Assembly (NCBI GenBank): GCA_963733095.1
Contig: CAVTBV010000013.1
Location: forward strand, 128,001-192,000
Reading direction: 5' to 3'
Length of the DNA stretch: 64,000 bases
Origin: Candidatus Bathyarchaeota archaeon
GTDB taxonomy: Archaea > Thermoproteota > Bathyarchaeia > Bathyarchaeales > Bathycorpusculaceae
Shown: one piece after another, positions 29,119 to 39,357 of the stretch
How the letters are laid out: the number at the start of each line of letters is the position of its first letter
How positions within the stretch are numbered: the first letter of the stretch is position 1
Translations under genes and position numbers: made by a program
Notes under the pieces: model-generated
What the model was told of the DNA's origin: nothing
Database searches by the model: none
Seen by the model: the letters and a program-made list of their open reading frames with translations, nothing else

Positions 29119-32100
29119 TTAATTGAAAATCTTTTTAAGAAAATCACCTATTTGGTCTACACTTAATTTAGAACTTTTCTGTATGTAATAACTTCGTTCT
29201 AAGTCGTCAAGGTAACTATGGAGGAAATTTACACCCTTAATTTCCTTTGATTGTCGATGAATAAATGTTAGTAATTCATTTTTGACTATCAAATAATTCT
29301 CGTCCGTTTGTAACCCAATTGCTGATAACGTTTTCATAACCGTATTATGAAGGCTGGGAATGTCATCTTGAAAAGCCTGATCATAACTGACTTCTAATAA
29401 CTGAAAAAGATCAGGTATTGCTTCGATGGAAACAAAGGATTCGATTGGGGATCTACTCTGTAATCTCTCAACTATCGTTTCAGGAACTTTTTTGTGTTTT
29501 TTTACCCATTCAATATAGAACTTTAAACCATTAAGGTCTTCTACTTCCATTAAATTAATCGCTAATTTGATTTTTTTATCATCGTTAATTTCTCGGGCAA
29601 ACATATTTTTTAGGATCTTGTTTATCTTTTTGCTTTTATGGTCAATTAAAGAGCCTATAACGGTCCACATAAATTCGTCTTGAATTTTTGAGACGGTATT
29701 TTCTATTTCATTCAAGCTATCTGAACTATACAAGCAATTCAGTGCAGCATTGCGAGCATCATTATTTCTCTTATTATTTACTATTTCAAATAAGGCAAAA
29801 GGCACTGCCGGTTTCACTTTATTTCGAGCGCAATAATCAAAATGATTCTCTAATACATTATTGACTTCAATTCCTTCTGCCAGGTTTTCAAGGACTCTTC
29901 TTGTAATGGATTCTTTGTCCAAGAGTTCTTCTAAATATTCTATTCCAACACTGGTATTTTTTTCAAGCCAATCAAAAGAAAGCAGATCTAAGAGTACATC
30001 TTTTGGATACGATAGATTGAGTCTTCGTAAAAAAAACCAAAGAAATATGGCGGTGTCACTTGTGCTGGTGGGTCTTTCATCTGTTCGTGTTAGTGTTTTT
30101 TTGAAATTGATCTTGTTAATGTTTGAATAGCACCAATTTGCTATCCAATCGCTTTGTTCTTTAGTTAGAACTTCGAGTTGTCCATTACTATAGTATTGAT
30201 AAATTACTCTAATACAGAATGAATCCCAGTTTTCATTTTCAATCATTTTTATTACGTTGGATACTGAGACTGGCTGTTTTCTTGTAATCTGTAACAGCGT
30301 GTTAATCGCAAGATCGGAAGAGGATTTATCTTCCCAGTGATCAGTCATTATTTTTATAACTTCATCACTTGTTAGTTTCTCTTTATGTTCTTTTTCGAAA
30401 ATTTCTCTAATTTGATTTAAAAACTGAGCTTTATTGAACAGTAACTCAATGTCCAATGTGGCACGATTTTTTCTTTCCCTCTCAAAATCTCTTGTAGGTT
30501 GACGGATAAATTTGTTCCCACTTTTTTCATTTATCAGCCTGTTGAAAAGTTGAAACAATTCATAGTTATTTAGATATAAAAGATTCTGGAACAACCTCAC
30601 ATCACCGTCCGTAATCTTTCCGTCTTTGTATTGGTCTATGAAAAAGCTCAAGCATTCCTCGTTCGCTAACATAGACAGGGTATTCATATAATGACCAATT
30701 TTTCCGGTCATTAACTTAGAGAAGGCTATGATTCGGGTGTTTGATTTGTCAAAAAAGCAAGCAAAATTGTTTACTTCATCTTTTTCGTAGCCATTCGCTA
30801 ACAATGTCACTAAATTTATGCCCAATTCTAAAATAGTTGGGTCTTCAGCAAATGGGGCAGCATTTTCAGCGATTTTGGCAAGGCTTTTATCAAGCAAAGA
30901 ATGGTGTGATAGCTTGTTGTGGTTTTGTATTAAATAGTTCAAGATCTTCTTGATTGATTCCTTAGCCTTCGCTTTTTCTAATCCTATAAGTAAGTTTGCC
31001 CGTTCTTCTGTCAAGCCTGAACGATGTATCTCATCATCATTACTCAAGTCATACTCAACTTGTGGGATGCCATTCAGAAAAATCTCGATGTATTCGTCTA
31101 AGTAAACGCTCTTGTGAATTAGGTAATAAAGTCCATAACGTATCTGATCACTCGGCGATCCAACCAAAAGATTTACAATTTGATCTACTACTTCTCGTGA
31201 GGTAAGATCTAATCGTGCCAAAGTGACTTGAGCCTGTGATTGAACTTGCTCGTTCTCTTGTTTCGTGAAATTCTCGTCATTACTTTGGAGTATAACTTTC
31301 AAAAGCACATCCCTAATTTCATTTCCATAACATTCCTTGTCTGCATAACCTAGTAATTCAATTGCATTGCAAACAGTAGTATAATCTGTTCCCGTATCCA
31401 CTTCATTCACAAGGAACTTAAGCATCTCTTCAGACTGCCCAAATCGTGCAAGCTCTTTGTAATCGTATTTGCCAAATGGTAACCATATTTTCTTTTGTTT
31501 ATATTCATTAAAAATACGTTTGAAAATGTCTATCCTGATCCTATTTTCAATTCTACTGGGTTCTGTCTTTACCAAGAGTTCAGGTTGAATTTCCATAATC
31601 CATGCCAACAATAATTCATTACTCGACATGTTAATCAGAAAAGACAACGTATTTACCTAGAAAGGACTAATCTTTTTGTAATAGGGTTTAAAAGAAATGC
31701 ATTCTTTTATGACATCCAATGGCTTATTTGATAAAGCTCTTGCTGCCAAATACTCCTGAAAGTTATTATGCTCAAACTGCCAAGTTATGGTTGTTCCATC
31801 ATTTCTCTTCCATGCAGTACAATATGATAGAAGATTTCGTAATTCATCCACAGGAATTATCTCATTATATTCCTCTTCAGAAATATAGTTCCTACCCAGC
31901 ATATTCATCGCTAAACCAAGGCGTTGTAATGCGCACCGAATTTTTCCTCTGTTTGCTTTAATCTCTATAGTAGTATGGAAGAGATTTGAATCGAGGTTCA
32001 TCCTATAATTTAGTAAATACTCAAAAATTTCGCTTTTACTTTCAGGCAATTTGTTTTCATTTTGCTCAAATAACTTTACAAGACGTACTAAGTAAAATGG

Positions 32101-33240
32101 TATCTTCAATAAAGCACCAAGGTAGCCGTTTTGAACAGCATCAAAAAAAACTTCTGCCTTTTTTTCGAGTACCGTTCCGACATATCTTTGTATTTCTTGA
32201 TAATCTAAATCGAGAAGGACATAAGACAAGAAACCATTTATTGTTCCTGATTCTTCACCTTTTTCTTGATTATAAAAATTATTTCGACTCGAAATAAGTA
32301 TTTTACAAAATTGATGCTGTTCCGCAAATAATTCTATTTTTCGAACTGCATCATTTTTATTTTTAGCTTCGATTTCATCTAAGCCGTCAAGGATAACCAG
32401 AATTCTATTTTCAGGGTTTGTTGTCCAACCATCTCCAAGTAATTCAGAAATATCTTGATTTACATATTTGTTTAATGGTAAAAAGAATGGAACTAAGGGT
32501 GAATCAGTCATTGAAAAGAACCCTTCTATTCTTCTCAGCTCCGTTGTTTTTCCTATTCCCGCGTCACCCAACAGAACTATTCTATTTTGCTTTTCAACAA
32601 TATCAGGAAGATCTCCGGATTCACTAGGCAGAAATAATCCAAAAGAGTTGTAGTCTTTTGTAGACACGACTTTTCTTTGAAGATAATTTTTATTTTCTTC
32701 CTTTGGCTTTCCAAAATGAACACTAGTCAATGAGAACCAATTTACTATTTTGTAACTAATATCTTGGTGAATTTTCTTCCTAAATTCCTTCGCTTCGAAA
32801 TCTTTGTAAAGTCCTAACGGTTTGAGTTTTTCCTTAAATTTCTTTACTGCAAAAATTTGTTCCGTATCATCCTCTGGGGAATCATTAGTTTTGAAATATA
32901 CGCTAATCAATGGCTTTCTTGTGTTATTATAACGATTGAATGCCCTGTCAAACTCTTCTTCAGTCGGTGTGAGCCCATTCGCTTGTTTTATTCCGAAATG
33001 TTTCCATAAAATACCAATGTAAATGTCATAATCGTCCCTGATTTGCTTATTTATTACTGACTGTGCTCCTTCTCCCGTTATTAGAGAAACAGTGTTTTGC
33101 TTCCATTCAACAATATCAAAAATATATCGAGATGAGAATGTACTCTCTATTTTTTTGCATTCTTCAATTGCAATTAGTTTTTCCTTTTCAACATCTTCTG
33201 GGTAAGAAATAAATATTCTAATTAGCGTTTTAGGGAGCAC
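29119..33240 (-). pseudogene. DUF4062/TIR-like effector + NACHT (STAND) NTPase + helical-repeat sensor, ~1373 codons, interrupted by an in-frame TAG at 31657-31659
   Basis: IFISYPEDV..DIYIGILW..PTEEEFDRA; Walker A GDAGIGKT; Walker B LDGLDE; FEHNNFQEYLAA. The frame continues ISPF*VNTLSFL into the 842-aa ORF. AT-rich. Confidence 0.8.
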
Positions 33241-33478
33241 TAATATCTCTTCAAGTCTTTAATTAGACGAATTTTAACTTAAAAAGTATCCCATACTAAA
33301 CTTGATATGCTGAATTTGTTAAGTTTGATTAAAACATTGAGATTACCGTTAGAAGAAACAACAAGGCGCTTCTTCTTTCTAACTCTAAAATTGCTTGTTT
33401 TTAGAACTTTTTAGCCGTCATTCCTATAAAGGCGCATCCGGACAACGGACACGTATAATTCGTGGAGGTCAAAAAAAA

Positions 33479-33760
33479 ATGGTTGGAGAAATAAACACAA
33501 TAATCGAATTAAACCCTGAATTGGCAAATTTAGCATATGAAATAGGTTTAAATCCATCTAAAATATGCGAAAGTGCCATAAAATTGGCAATACGGCGTCT
33601 AAAGGGCTTAAATGTTGAGAAATTGATGGTGGACGAGGCGGGATTTGAACCCGCGACCTCCACGATGCCAACGTGGCGATCATGCCAGACTGATCTACTC
33701 GCCCAAACTATCTGGCTTCTACATTCTAATTCGGCTCGTTTAATAAGCGTTTCTTATTGA
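33479..33760 (+). CDS. RHH/CcdA-like ORF running antisense through tRNA-Ala (possible Int(N)-type remnant of an integrated element)
   Basis: GGAGGT RBS; LANLAYEIGLNPSKICESAIKLAIRRL followed by tRNA-antisense-encoded MVDEAGFEPATSTMPTWR. Confidence 0.5.
   Translation: MVGEINTIIELNPELANLAYEIGLNPSKICESAIKLAIRRLKGLNVEKLMVDEAGFEPATSTMPTWRSCQTDLLAQTIWLLHSNSARLISVSY
33627..33704 (-). tRNA. tRNA-Ala(GGC), CCA encoded
   Basis: GGGCGAG/CTCGTCC acceptor with G3:U70, GATC D-stem, CCACG-TTGGCAT-CGTGG anticodon arm, GGTTCAAATCC T-arm, ACCA end. Confidence 0.97.
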
Positions 33761-34134
33761 GGGATTTCGTTTATTATTGGGGTTTCCAACGTTGGACTTT
33801 GGGGTTCATCGGGTTGCTGGCTAAACGGTGTGCCTCAGTAGCACTTGTTTTAGGGCGCCTCCAATAATTCTACTTCTAATCCACGATAATCCAAGTAGCT
33901 TTCCAAGAGTTCTTTATAGATCTTAACTCCAGAAATGATGCCAGATAACCTCAGTATCTCGCCTTGTCCAAGCCTGGTGTTTCCAGCCCCCCCAACGTGG
34001 CACAAAGCTTCTTTAATTCTTCTTCGATGCTGGGTAATTCTTTGGGGATTTCTAGTGTGGTAGAACACTCATGAAAGACAAGCCATCGAAGTACCGAAGG
34101 CACCTAAGACTTACCCTAAACCAGCAAATCACCT

Positions 34135-35178
34135 CTATCCATTTAAAGACTTAAGCTTTTTGGCATACCTCACCTCATCAACCGACTCATACGGCTCCTT
34201 TCTAGTCAACATAAACCAAATAATCTTTAGCATCTTATTCGCAACAGCAACCACCGCCTTCTGATCACCACGCCGCTTAGCAACACGCTCATAGAAAGCC
34301 TTCATCCTTGGATCAAACACAGACCCAACCCTAGCAGACTCAACCATAATCCACCTAAGCATAGTGCTGCCCTGCTTTGTAATATTGCCATGATATTCGA
34401 TATCGCCTGACTGATGCAAAGACGGTGCAAGTCCAGCCCAAGAAACAAGCTTCTTATAATCGCTAAACCGCTCAATACTGCCAATCTCTGACTTAATCAG
34501 CAAAGCACTATACACGTTAATTCCCTTCAAACTCAACAGTAGCCTAACGTCACTATCAAAAGAAGCCCTCGACGTAATCTCCGCATCCACACGCTCTATC
34601 TGCAAATCCAGGTTCTCCAAATGCATCAAATAGTTATCCAGCATCAACCGATCAAGCCCAGACAACTCCAAAGACTTCAACCACTGTATTCCCGCTTTGC
34701 CAAACAAATCACTAAATTCATGTTTGAGGCCATTTCGATCAATCAAAGCATGAGCCTTATTCTTCACCATCGTACGCAACTTAACAATTGATAATCGATG
34801 ACGTACTAAGCTTCGTATTTCTCTCATTTCTTTAGGCGGAACATAGCACTCTGGAATCAAATCAGTCCTCAAAAGATGCGCCAGAATCCTAGCATCAACC
34901 TTATCACTCTTAATTCTAGCTGAAGCTATCGCTTTAGTTCTCAACGGATTCGCCAACACCACAGGAATATGCAGCTCATCTAATTGATTGTATAGGTCCA
35001 GCCAATAAGGTCCAGTGGACTCCATTACAACCTTATCATCCATCGACAGCAGCAGAGTTAGGCTAGCTATTCCATCGGAATTGTTGTTGAAATCAAGCTC
35101 TTTTACGATTCTTCCTTGAGGGTTCATTATTGCTGCTCGGCACTTTTTCTTTCCAATATCTACTCCTACATACTTCAT
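34135..35178 (-). CDS. IS110 family DEDD recombinase/transposase (347 aa, intact)
   Basis: YVGVDIGK, VVMEST and KSDKVDA (DEDD), plus AGLAPSLHQSG (catalytic Ser) in the Tnp domain. Confidence 0.95.
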   Translation of the reverse strand: MKYVGVDIGKKKCRAAIMNPQGRIVKELDFNNNSDGIASLTLLLSMDDKVVMESTGPYWLDLYNQLDELHIPVVLANPLRTKAIASARIKSDKVDARILAHLLRTDLIPECYVPPKEMREIRSLVRHRLSIVKLRTMVKNKAHALIDRNGLKHEFSDLFGKAGIQWLKSLELSGLDRLMLDNYLMHLENLDLQIERVDAEITSRASFDSDVRLLLSLKGINVYSALLIKSEIGSIERFSDYKKLVSWAGLAPSLHQSGDIEYHGNITKQGSTMLRWIMVESARVGSVFDPRMKAFYERVAKRRGDQKAVVAVANKMLKIIWFMLTRKEPYESVDEVRYAKKLKSLNG

Positions 35179-35184
35179 TTCTAG

Positions 35185-35325
35185 TTTCCTGCTGGTTTCA
35201 GGCTGCATTCACTCATACGGGCGTTTGGCCCAGTTCTTTAGCAGCTCAGGATTCGCCCAGTCAACAACGCGGTCGCAAAGACCATGTTCTACCACGGGCT
35301 AACCAGCCAGTACAAGTTGGCAGAA
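35185..35325 (-). ncRNA. Predicted bridge RNA (5' hairpin, target-binding loop, donor-binding loop)
   Basis: GCCC-[GUGGUAGAACAU]-GGUC(UUUGC)GACC-[GCGUUGUUGACU]-GGGC and GCUGC-[UAAAGAACU]-GGGC(CAAAC)GCCC-[GUAUGAGUGAAU]-GCAGC. The loop strands match the flanks and element ends; transcript ends are estimated. Confidence 0.8.
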
Positions 35326-35700
35326 GTCTTTCATAAAGTCAACAACAATTGGAATTTTTTGGGTGTTGTTGTTCTTTCAGAAGTCCTATTTTTATGAGTT
35401 TTGGCGAACCGCTTCTTCAGTGTATTCTCCGTTAAAGCTGAAGGGTAAGACGCCAAGATCAGTGGTTCCATACTTGTACCAGTCTTGAAGTTTATGCTCG
35501 TCGTCTGCAGGCCATTGCTTCCCTTTTGGCATGTTTTTTGCCCCACAAATAATCCAACTATTGTGCCGCTTGTCATGTCTGAACCTGAGCTTTGTCCTAC
35601 TGATGCTTCGCCCAACTCTTTTTTCGGTGATTTGTGGTCCTAACTCTTTTTCTAATCTCTCTCAAAATTATTTGTTTTGTAGGTCAATTTACCGTTTAGC

Positions 35701-38700
35701 TCATTGGGGGGGCAAACGTATACTGAATTTTGTTCCTTTTCCTACTTGGCTTTCAAAAGCTACCGTGCCGCCTAAAGCTTCAGTCATACGCTTAATTACG
35801 GCTAAACCAAATCCCTGACCTTTAGCTTTAGTCGTGAACATTGGCGTGAATAATTTGTTTTTCACGCTTTCAGGTATGCCAACGCCTGTGTCTTCTACTG
35901 TTATGACCGAATCATGTTTTTTCTTGTCTCTGAAAGCATGTATCGTTAATTGGCCGCCTTCCGGCATTGCTTGAACCGCATTATTAACCAAATTGAACAT
36001 AATACGATTAATGAAACAAGAGTCAGCCATAATTTTCCTAGCATCAGTTTCCACTGCGACACTTATGCTAACATTCTCAGGCCAACCGTTCTTTGCTATC
36101 AACTCATCCACTACTAGCTTAAGGTCGGTTTCCTCAACTCGAGGGCTAAGTGGTCTGGCAAAATCTTGCAAATCCTGAACGATCTTGTTGATGTAAGTGA
36201 CGTTCTTTTCAATCTCGCTCAAACTTTCTAAAGTATTCTTTTTCTCTTCGCTCTCAGGCGTCAAAGCCAACTCTGCCTTGGCCAAATAGACATCGCTAGT
36301 TATAGCCTGTAAAGGGTTTCGAATATCATGACCAACCATCCCGGCAGTCGTTCCGATGGCGGCTAAACGTTCAGAATCTCTAAGCTGGATTGTTCGCTCT
36401 TCGACCAGCTTTTCTAAATTTCCACTATATTCTTTGAGCTTATCTTGTATTGCCTTGCGTTCGGTAATATCCATGAATAAAGACGCAAACATCCCTTTAT
36501 TTGGACTAAAAGAATAAACTTCGTAATATCGACGGGTGTTTTGGTTATAACTTTCAAAATGAGCGGGTTCACCAGTCAACGCGACATTACAATAAGCTTG
36601 GACCCAACTATCCTCAAGCCCGGGAAGAGCCTGTTTTATCGTTTTCCCCATCAGTTCAGTTAGCTTAAGACCTGTTTGCTTCTCAAAAGCATTATTTGCT
36701 TCAATTATGCGAAAATCAACAGGAATTCCTTTACTATCAAGGATTGGTTCACCTAAAAAGAAGGCTTCGTCCATATTAGCAAAAAGGGTACGATATCGCA
36801 GCTCGCTGTCACGCAGAGCCGATTCTATTTTTTTGCGTTCAGTATTGTCTGTGAAGGTTAAAACAGCGCCATCAATTCTTTTCTCTTCACTTAAATACGG
36901 ACGGATTCTAATTTCACATAGTCTGTCTCCACTGAGTGCAACTTCTCGATCGACAGCCTTTAGTTTAGTGATCGAATCCAGAATTGCGCCTTCTAAATCT
37001 GCACCCTGAACACCTATGTTTACTTTAGTTATTGGCTGCCCCACATCGGATGGAGAAATTTTCAAGTAACTTTGAGCAGAAGATGTAAACCGCCTAATCT
37101 TCAGGTCGTTATCTACAATAACCACTGGCAAATCAATATTTGTTTGCAGATTAGCTAAGTCATCATTTAGGCGTCCAAGCGCCAAATTTCGGTTCTTGAG
37201 CTCCTCATTAAGTGTCTGTAGTTCCTCGTTTCCAGACTGCAGCTCCTCTTTTGCCGTTTCCAACTCTTCATTGGTGCTCTGTAATTCTTCATTGCTGGAT
37301 TGCGCTTCCTCCATGGTTGATCGCAATTCTTCATTTGTTGCTTCTTGCACTTCAATAATGGTCTGCAAAGACTGCTTGGTTGACTCCAATTCCCCTTTAA
37401 GATCATTAATTTGTCCATCTTTGATGGACTTCTTTTCGCCAGGTATTTTTGTAGTTTCAGTTTCCTGAGATAAATTATAAAGTTGTATTGTGGGTTCTTG
37501 GAATGTTACAATGAAAAAGGGTTCTTCATAATCCGTTGTTTTCAAGGGTTTAACTTGGATAATTACGGTTTTCTGTTCCCCGTCGCTTTTGAACTGAATG
37601 GTTTCTTTTTGAGTTTTGTTTTCTTTTCTTGCTAAGTAAACTGAAGTTTGAACGTTGGTCCTCAATTCTTTGCGAACCATTTTTGTCACATTTAAGCTTG
37701 CGGTTCCTGATTCATGCCTTAGGTATGGGTTAACTTGTCCGCGGAAAAAAAGAATATCCAAATTATTACTTACAAGTAGAGTTGCGGGAACATACTCAGC
37801 CATTAATAGACGGTCGACATCTTCTTTGAGCGAAACCATAGAATTGGGCTTCTCAGATTGCTTTTCCAGTTTTTTTTGGAAACTGTAGGGAACAAATGTT
37901 TCTGGATGCGAAAAGGCCTGGGGCTGGGATCGTTTCTTTTTGTAGATTAAACCTTTGGTGGTGACTGGTTCGAATAGGTAACTGAATTTGCCTATGCTCT
38001 CCGATTCGCCTAAAACAAGAAAACCGTTAGACTTCAACCCATAATGAAAGATTGGAAAGACTCTTTCATGCAGCAAAGAATCAAAGTAAATCAAAACATT
38101 GCGGCACATTATCAGGTCTAGGTTGGAGAAGGGTGGATCGCTTGTTATGTCCTGCTTTGCGAATATGCACATGTCGCGGATTAGTTTGGTTATATGGTAG
38201 TTTCCATTTTGCATGCTAAAGAAACGTTTCAGTTTGCTCTCAGAAATATTTTCTTCTATGGTTTTGGGGTATATTCCTTGGCGAGCTTTGTCTATGTTTT
38301 TTTCATTTGCGTCAGTGCCAAAAATTTGAACCCGAATTTCGGGTTTGGCTTTTTCTTCTAAGAATTCCTGAACTGCTATAGCAATGGAGTAGACTTCTTC
38401 ACCCGTTGAACAACCTGGAACCCAAACTCTAATAGATTCATTAGCCACGCGGTTTTTGATCAGCTCGGGAAAGACTTTTTCTTCTAAAGCCTTGAAGGTT
38501 TTTGGTTCTCTAAAGAAACTTGTAACCCCTATGAGAAGGTCATCAAACAACGCAAGGATCTCGTTTGGGTGGGTTCGTAGAAATGCCACGTATTCTTTGT
38601 TGTTTTCTATTTTGTTTATTACCCTGCGTCGTGTGATACGCCGGTTTATAGTTGTTTCTTTATAGTGGGTAAAATCAACGCCGTATGAGGCCTTAAGCAT

Positions 38701-39357
38701 CATGAGGATTCTTTTAAGGTCAGTTTCACCTTTAGCTTTCTGTAGAGCTTCTGAAGGGGGAAGCGCGAGTTGGGGGTTCCTGGCGAGTCTAACTAATTCT
38801 TTTGCTATGTTTTCGGGAGAGAGAATAAAATATGCTGTTTCAGCATTTATGGCGTTTTTGGGCATGTCGGGGTATTGAGCTGTCTCGGGGTCTTGAACGA
38901 AAGTTATGCCTCCTTCAACTTTGATTGCTTTTAGTCCTTCGGTTCCATCATTTCCCGTTCCTGAGAGTACGATTCCGATTGCTTGGGTTTTTCGCTCTGA
39001 GGATAAGGAAATCATGAAGTCGTTGATTGGTTTGAGAGCTTCACCTTTAGGAACAAGTTTAAGGAGACCTTTTTTTAGGGTCATAGTTGTTGCTGGGGGG
39101 ATGACATAAACTTGGTTCTTTTCAACTTTCATTCCAACGGTGACTTGTAGAACCTTCATTTGGGTGGATCTGGAGAGGATTTCTGGAAGCATGCTTTCTT
39201 GTCCTGGGGCTAAATGTTGGATGACAACAAACGCCATACCTGTATCTATGGGCAAGGTTTCTAGCAGTTTCCTGATGGGATCTAATCCGCCTGCAGAAGC
39301 TCCAATCCCAACAATCGGAAACTCGTTTACAGCTCTGGTTTCAGAAACGCTTTCTAT
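35701..39357 (-). CDS. CheB methylesterase-CheR methyltransferase-PAS-histidine kinase fusion
   Basis: GIGASAGG (upstream of the ORF-track start), QHL, LSGTGNDG, VTSFFRE, GCSTGEE, CRNVLIYF, EELQS coiled coil, GHDIRNPL; apparent ATA start. Confidence 0.9.
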   Translation of the reverse strand: MESVSETRAVNEFPIVGIGASAGGLDPIRKLLETLPIDTGMAFVVIQHLAPGQESMLPEILSRSTQMKVLQVTVGMKVEKNQVYVIPPATTMTLKKGLLKLVPKGEALKPINDFMISLSSERKTQAIGIVLSGTGNDGTEGLKAIKVEGGITFVQDPETAQYPDMPKNAINAETAYFILSPENIAKELVRLARNPQLALPPSEALQKAKGETDLKRILMMLKASYGVDFTHYKETTINRRITRRRVINKIENNKEYVAFLRTHPNEILALFDDLLIGVTSFFREPKTFKALEEKVFPELIKNRVANESIRVWVPGCSTGEEVYSIAIAVQEFLEEKAKPEIRVQIFGTDANEKNIDKARQGIYPKTIEENISESKLKRFFSMQNGNYHITKLIRDMCIFAKQDITSDPPFSNLDLIMCRNVLIYFDSLLHERVFPIFHYGLKSNGFLVLGESESIGKFSYLFEPVTTKGLIYKKKRSQPQAFSHPETFVPYSFQKKLEKQSEKPNSMVSLKEDVDRLLMAEYVPATLLVSNNLDILFFRGQVNPYLRHESGTASLNVTKMVRKELRTNVQTSVYLARKENKTQKETIQFKSDGEQKTVIIQVKPLKTTDYEEPFFIVTFQEPTIQLYNLSQETETTKIPGEKKSIKDGQINDLKGELESTKQSLQTIIEVQEATNEELRSTMEEAQSSNEELQSTNEELETAKEELQSGNEELQTLNEELKNRNLALGRLNDDLANLQTNIDLPVVIVDNDLKIRRFTSSAQSYLKISPSDVGQPITKVNIGVQGADLEGAILDSITKLKAVDREVALSGDRLCEIRIRPYLSEEKRIDGAVLTFTDNTERKKIESALRDSELRYRTLFANMDEAFFLGEPILDSKGIPVDFRIIEANNAFEKQTGLKLTELMGKTIKQALPGLEDSWVQAYCNVALTGEPAHFESYNQNTRRYYEVYSFSPNKGMFASLFMDITERKAIQDKLKEYSGNLEKLVEERTIQLRDSERLAAIGTTAGMVGHDIRNPLQAITSDVYLAKAELALTPESEEKKNTLESLSEIEKNVTYINKIVQDLQDFARPLSPRVEETDLKLVVDELIAKNGWPENVSISVAVETDARKIMADSCFINRIMFNLVNNAVQAMPEGGQLTIHAFRDKKKHDSVITVEDTGVGIPESVKNKLFTPMFTTKAKGQGFGLAVIKRMTEALGGTVAFESQVGKGTKFSIRLPPQ

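Larger units (their letters stand above)
34068..35339 (-). mobile_element. IS110-family element (~1.27 kb) flanked by a duplicated CA core (34066-34067, 35340-35341) with 9-bp subterminal inverted repeats
   Basis: ATGAAAGAC at 34071-34079 and GTCTTTCAT at 35326-35334; the empty site restores the host frame. Confidence 0.88.
33850..35532 (-). pseudogene. HTH-like hypothetical gene (MPKGKQWPADDEHKL...) interrupted by IS110, with additional frameshifts
   Basis: Removing the IS and one CA core joins KEQQHPKNSNCC to CSTTLEIPKELPSIEEELKKL in frame. Confidence 0.75.

Noticed and set aside
37190-37340. Periodic GAAGAA/AATGAAGA repeats
   Set aside because: They encode the EELQS heptads normal for CheB/CheR fusion coiled coils; not a DNA repeat element.
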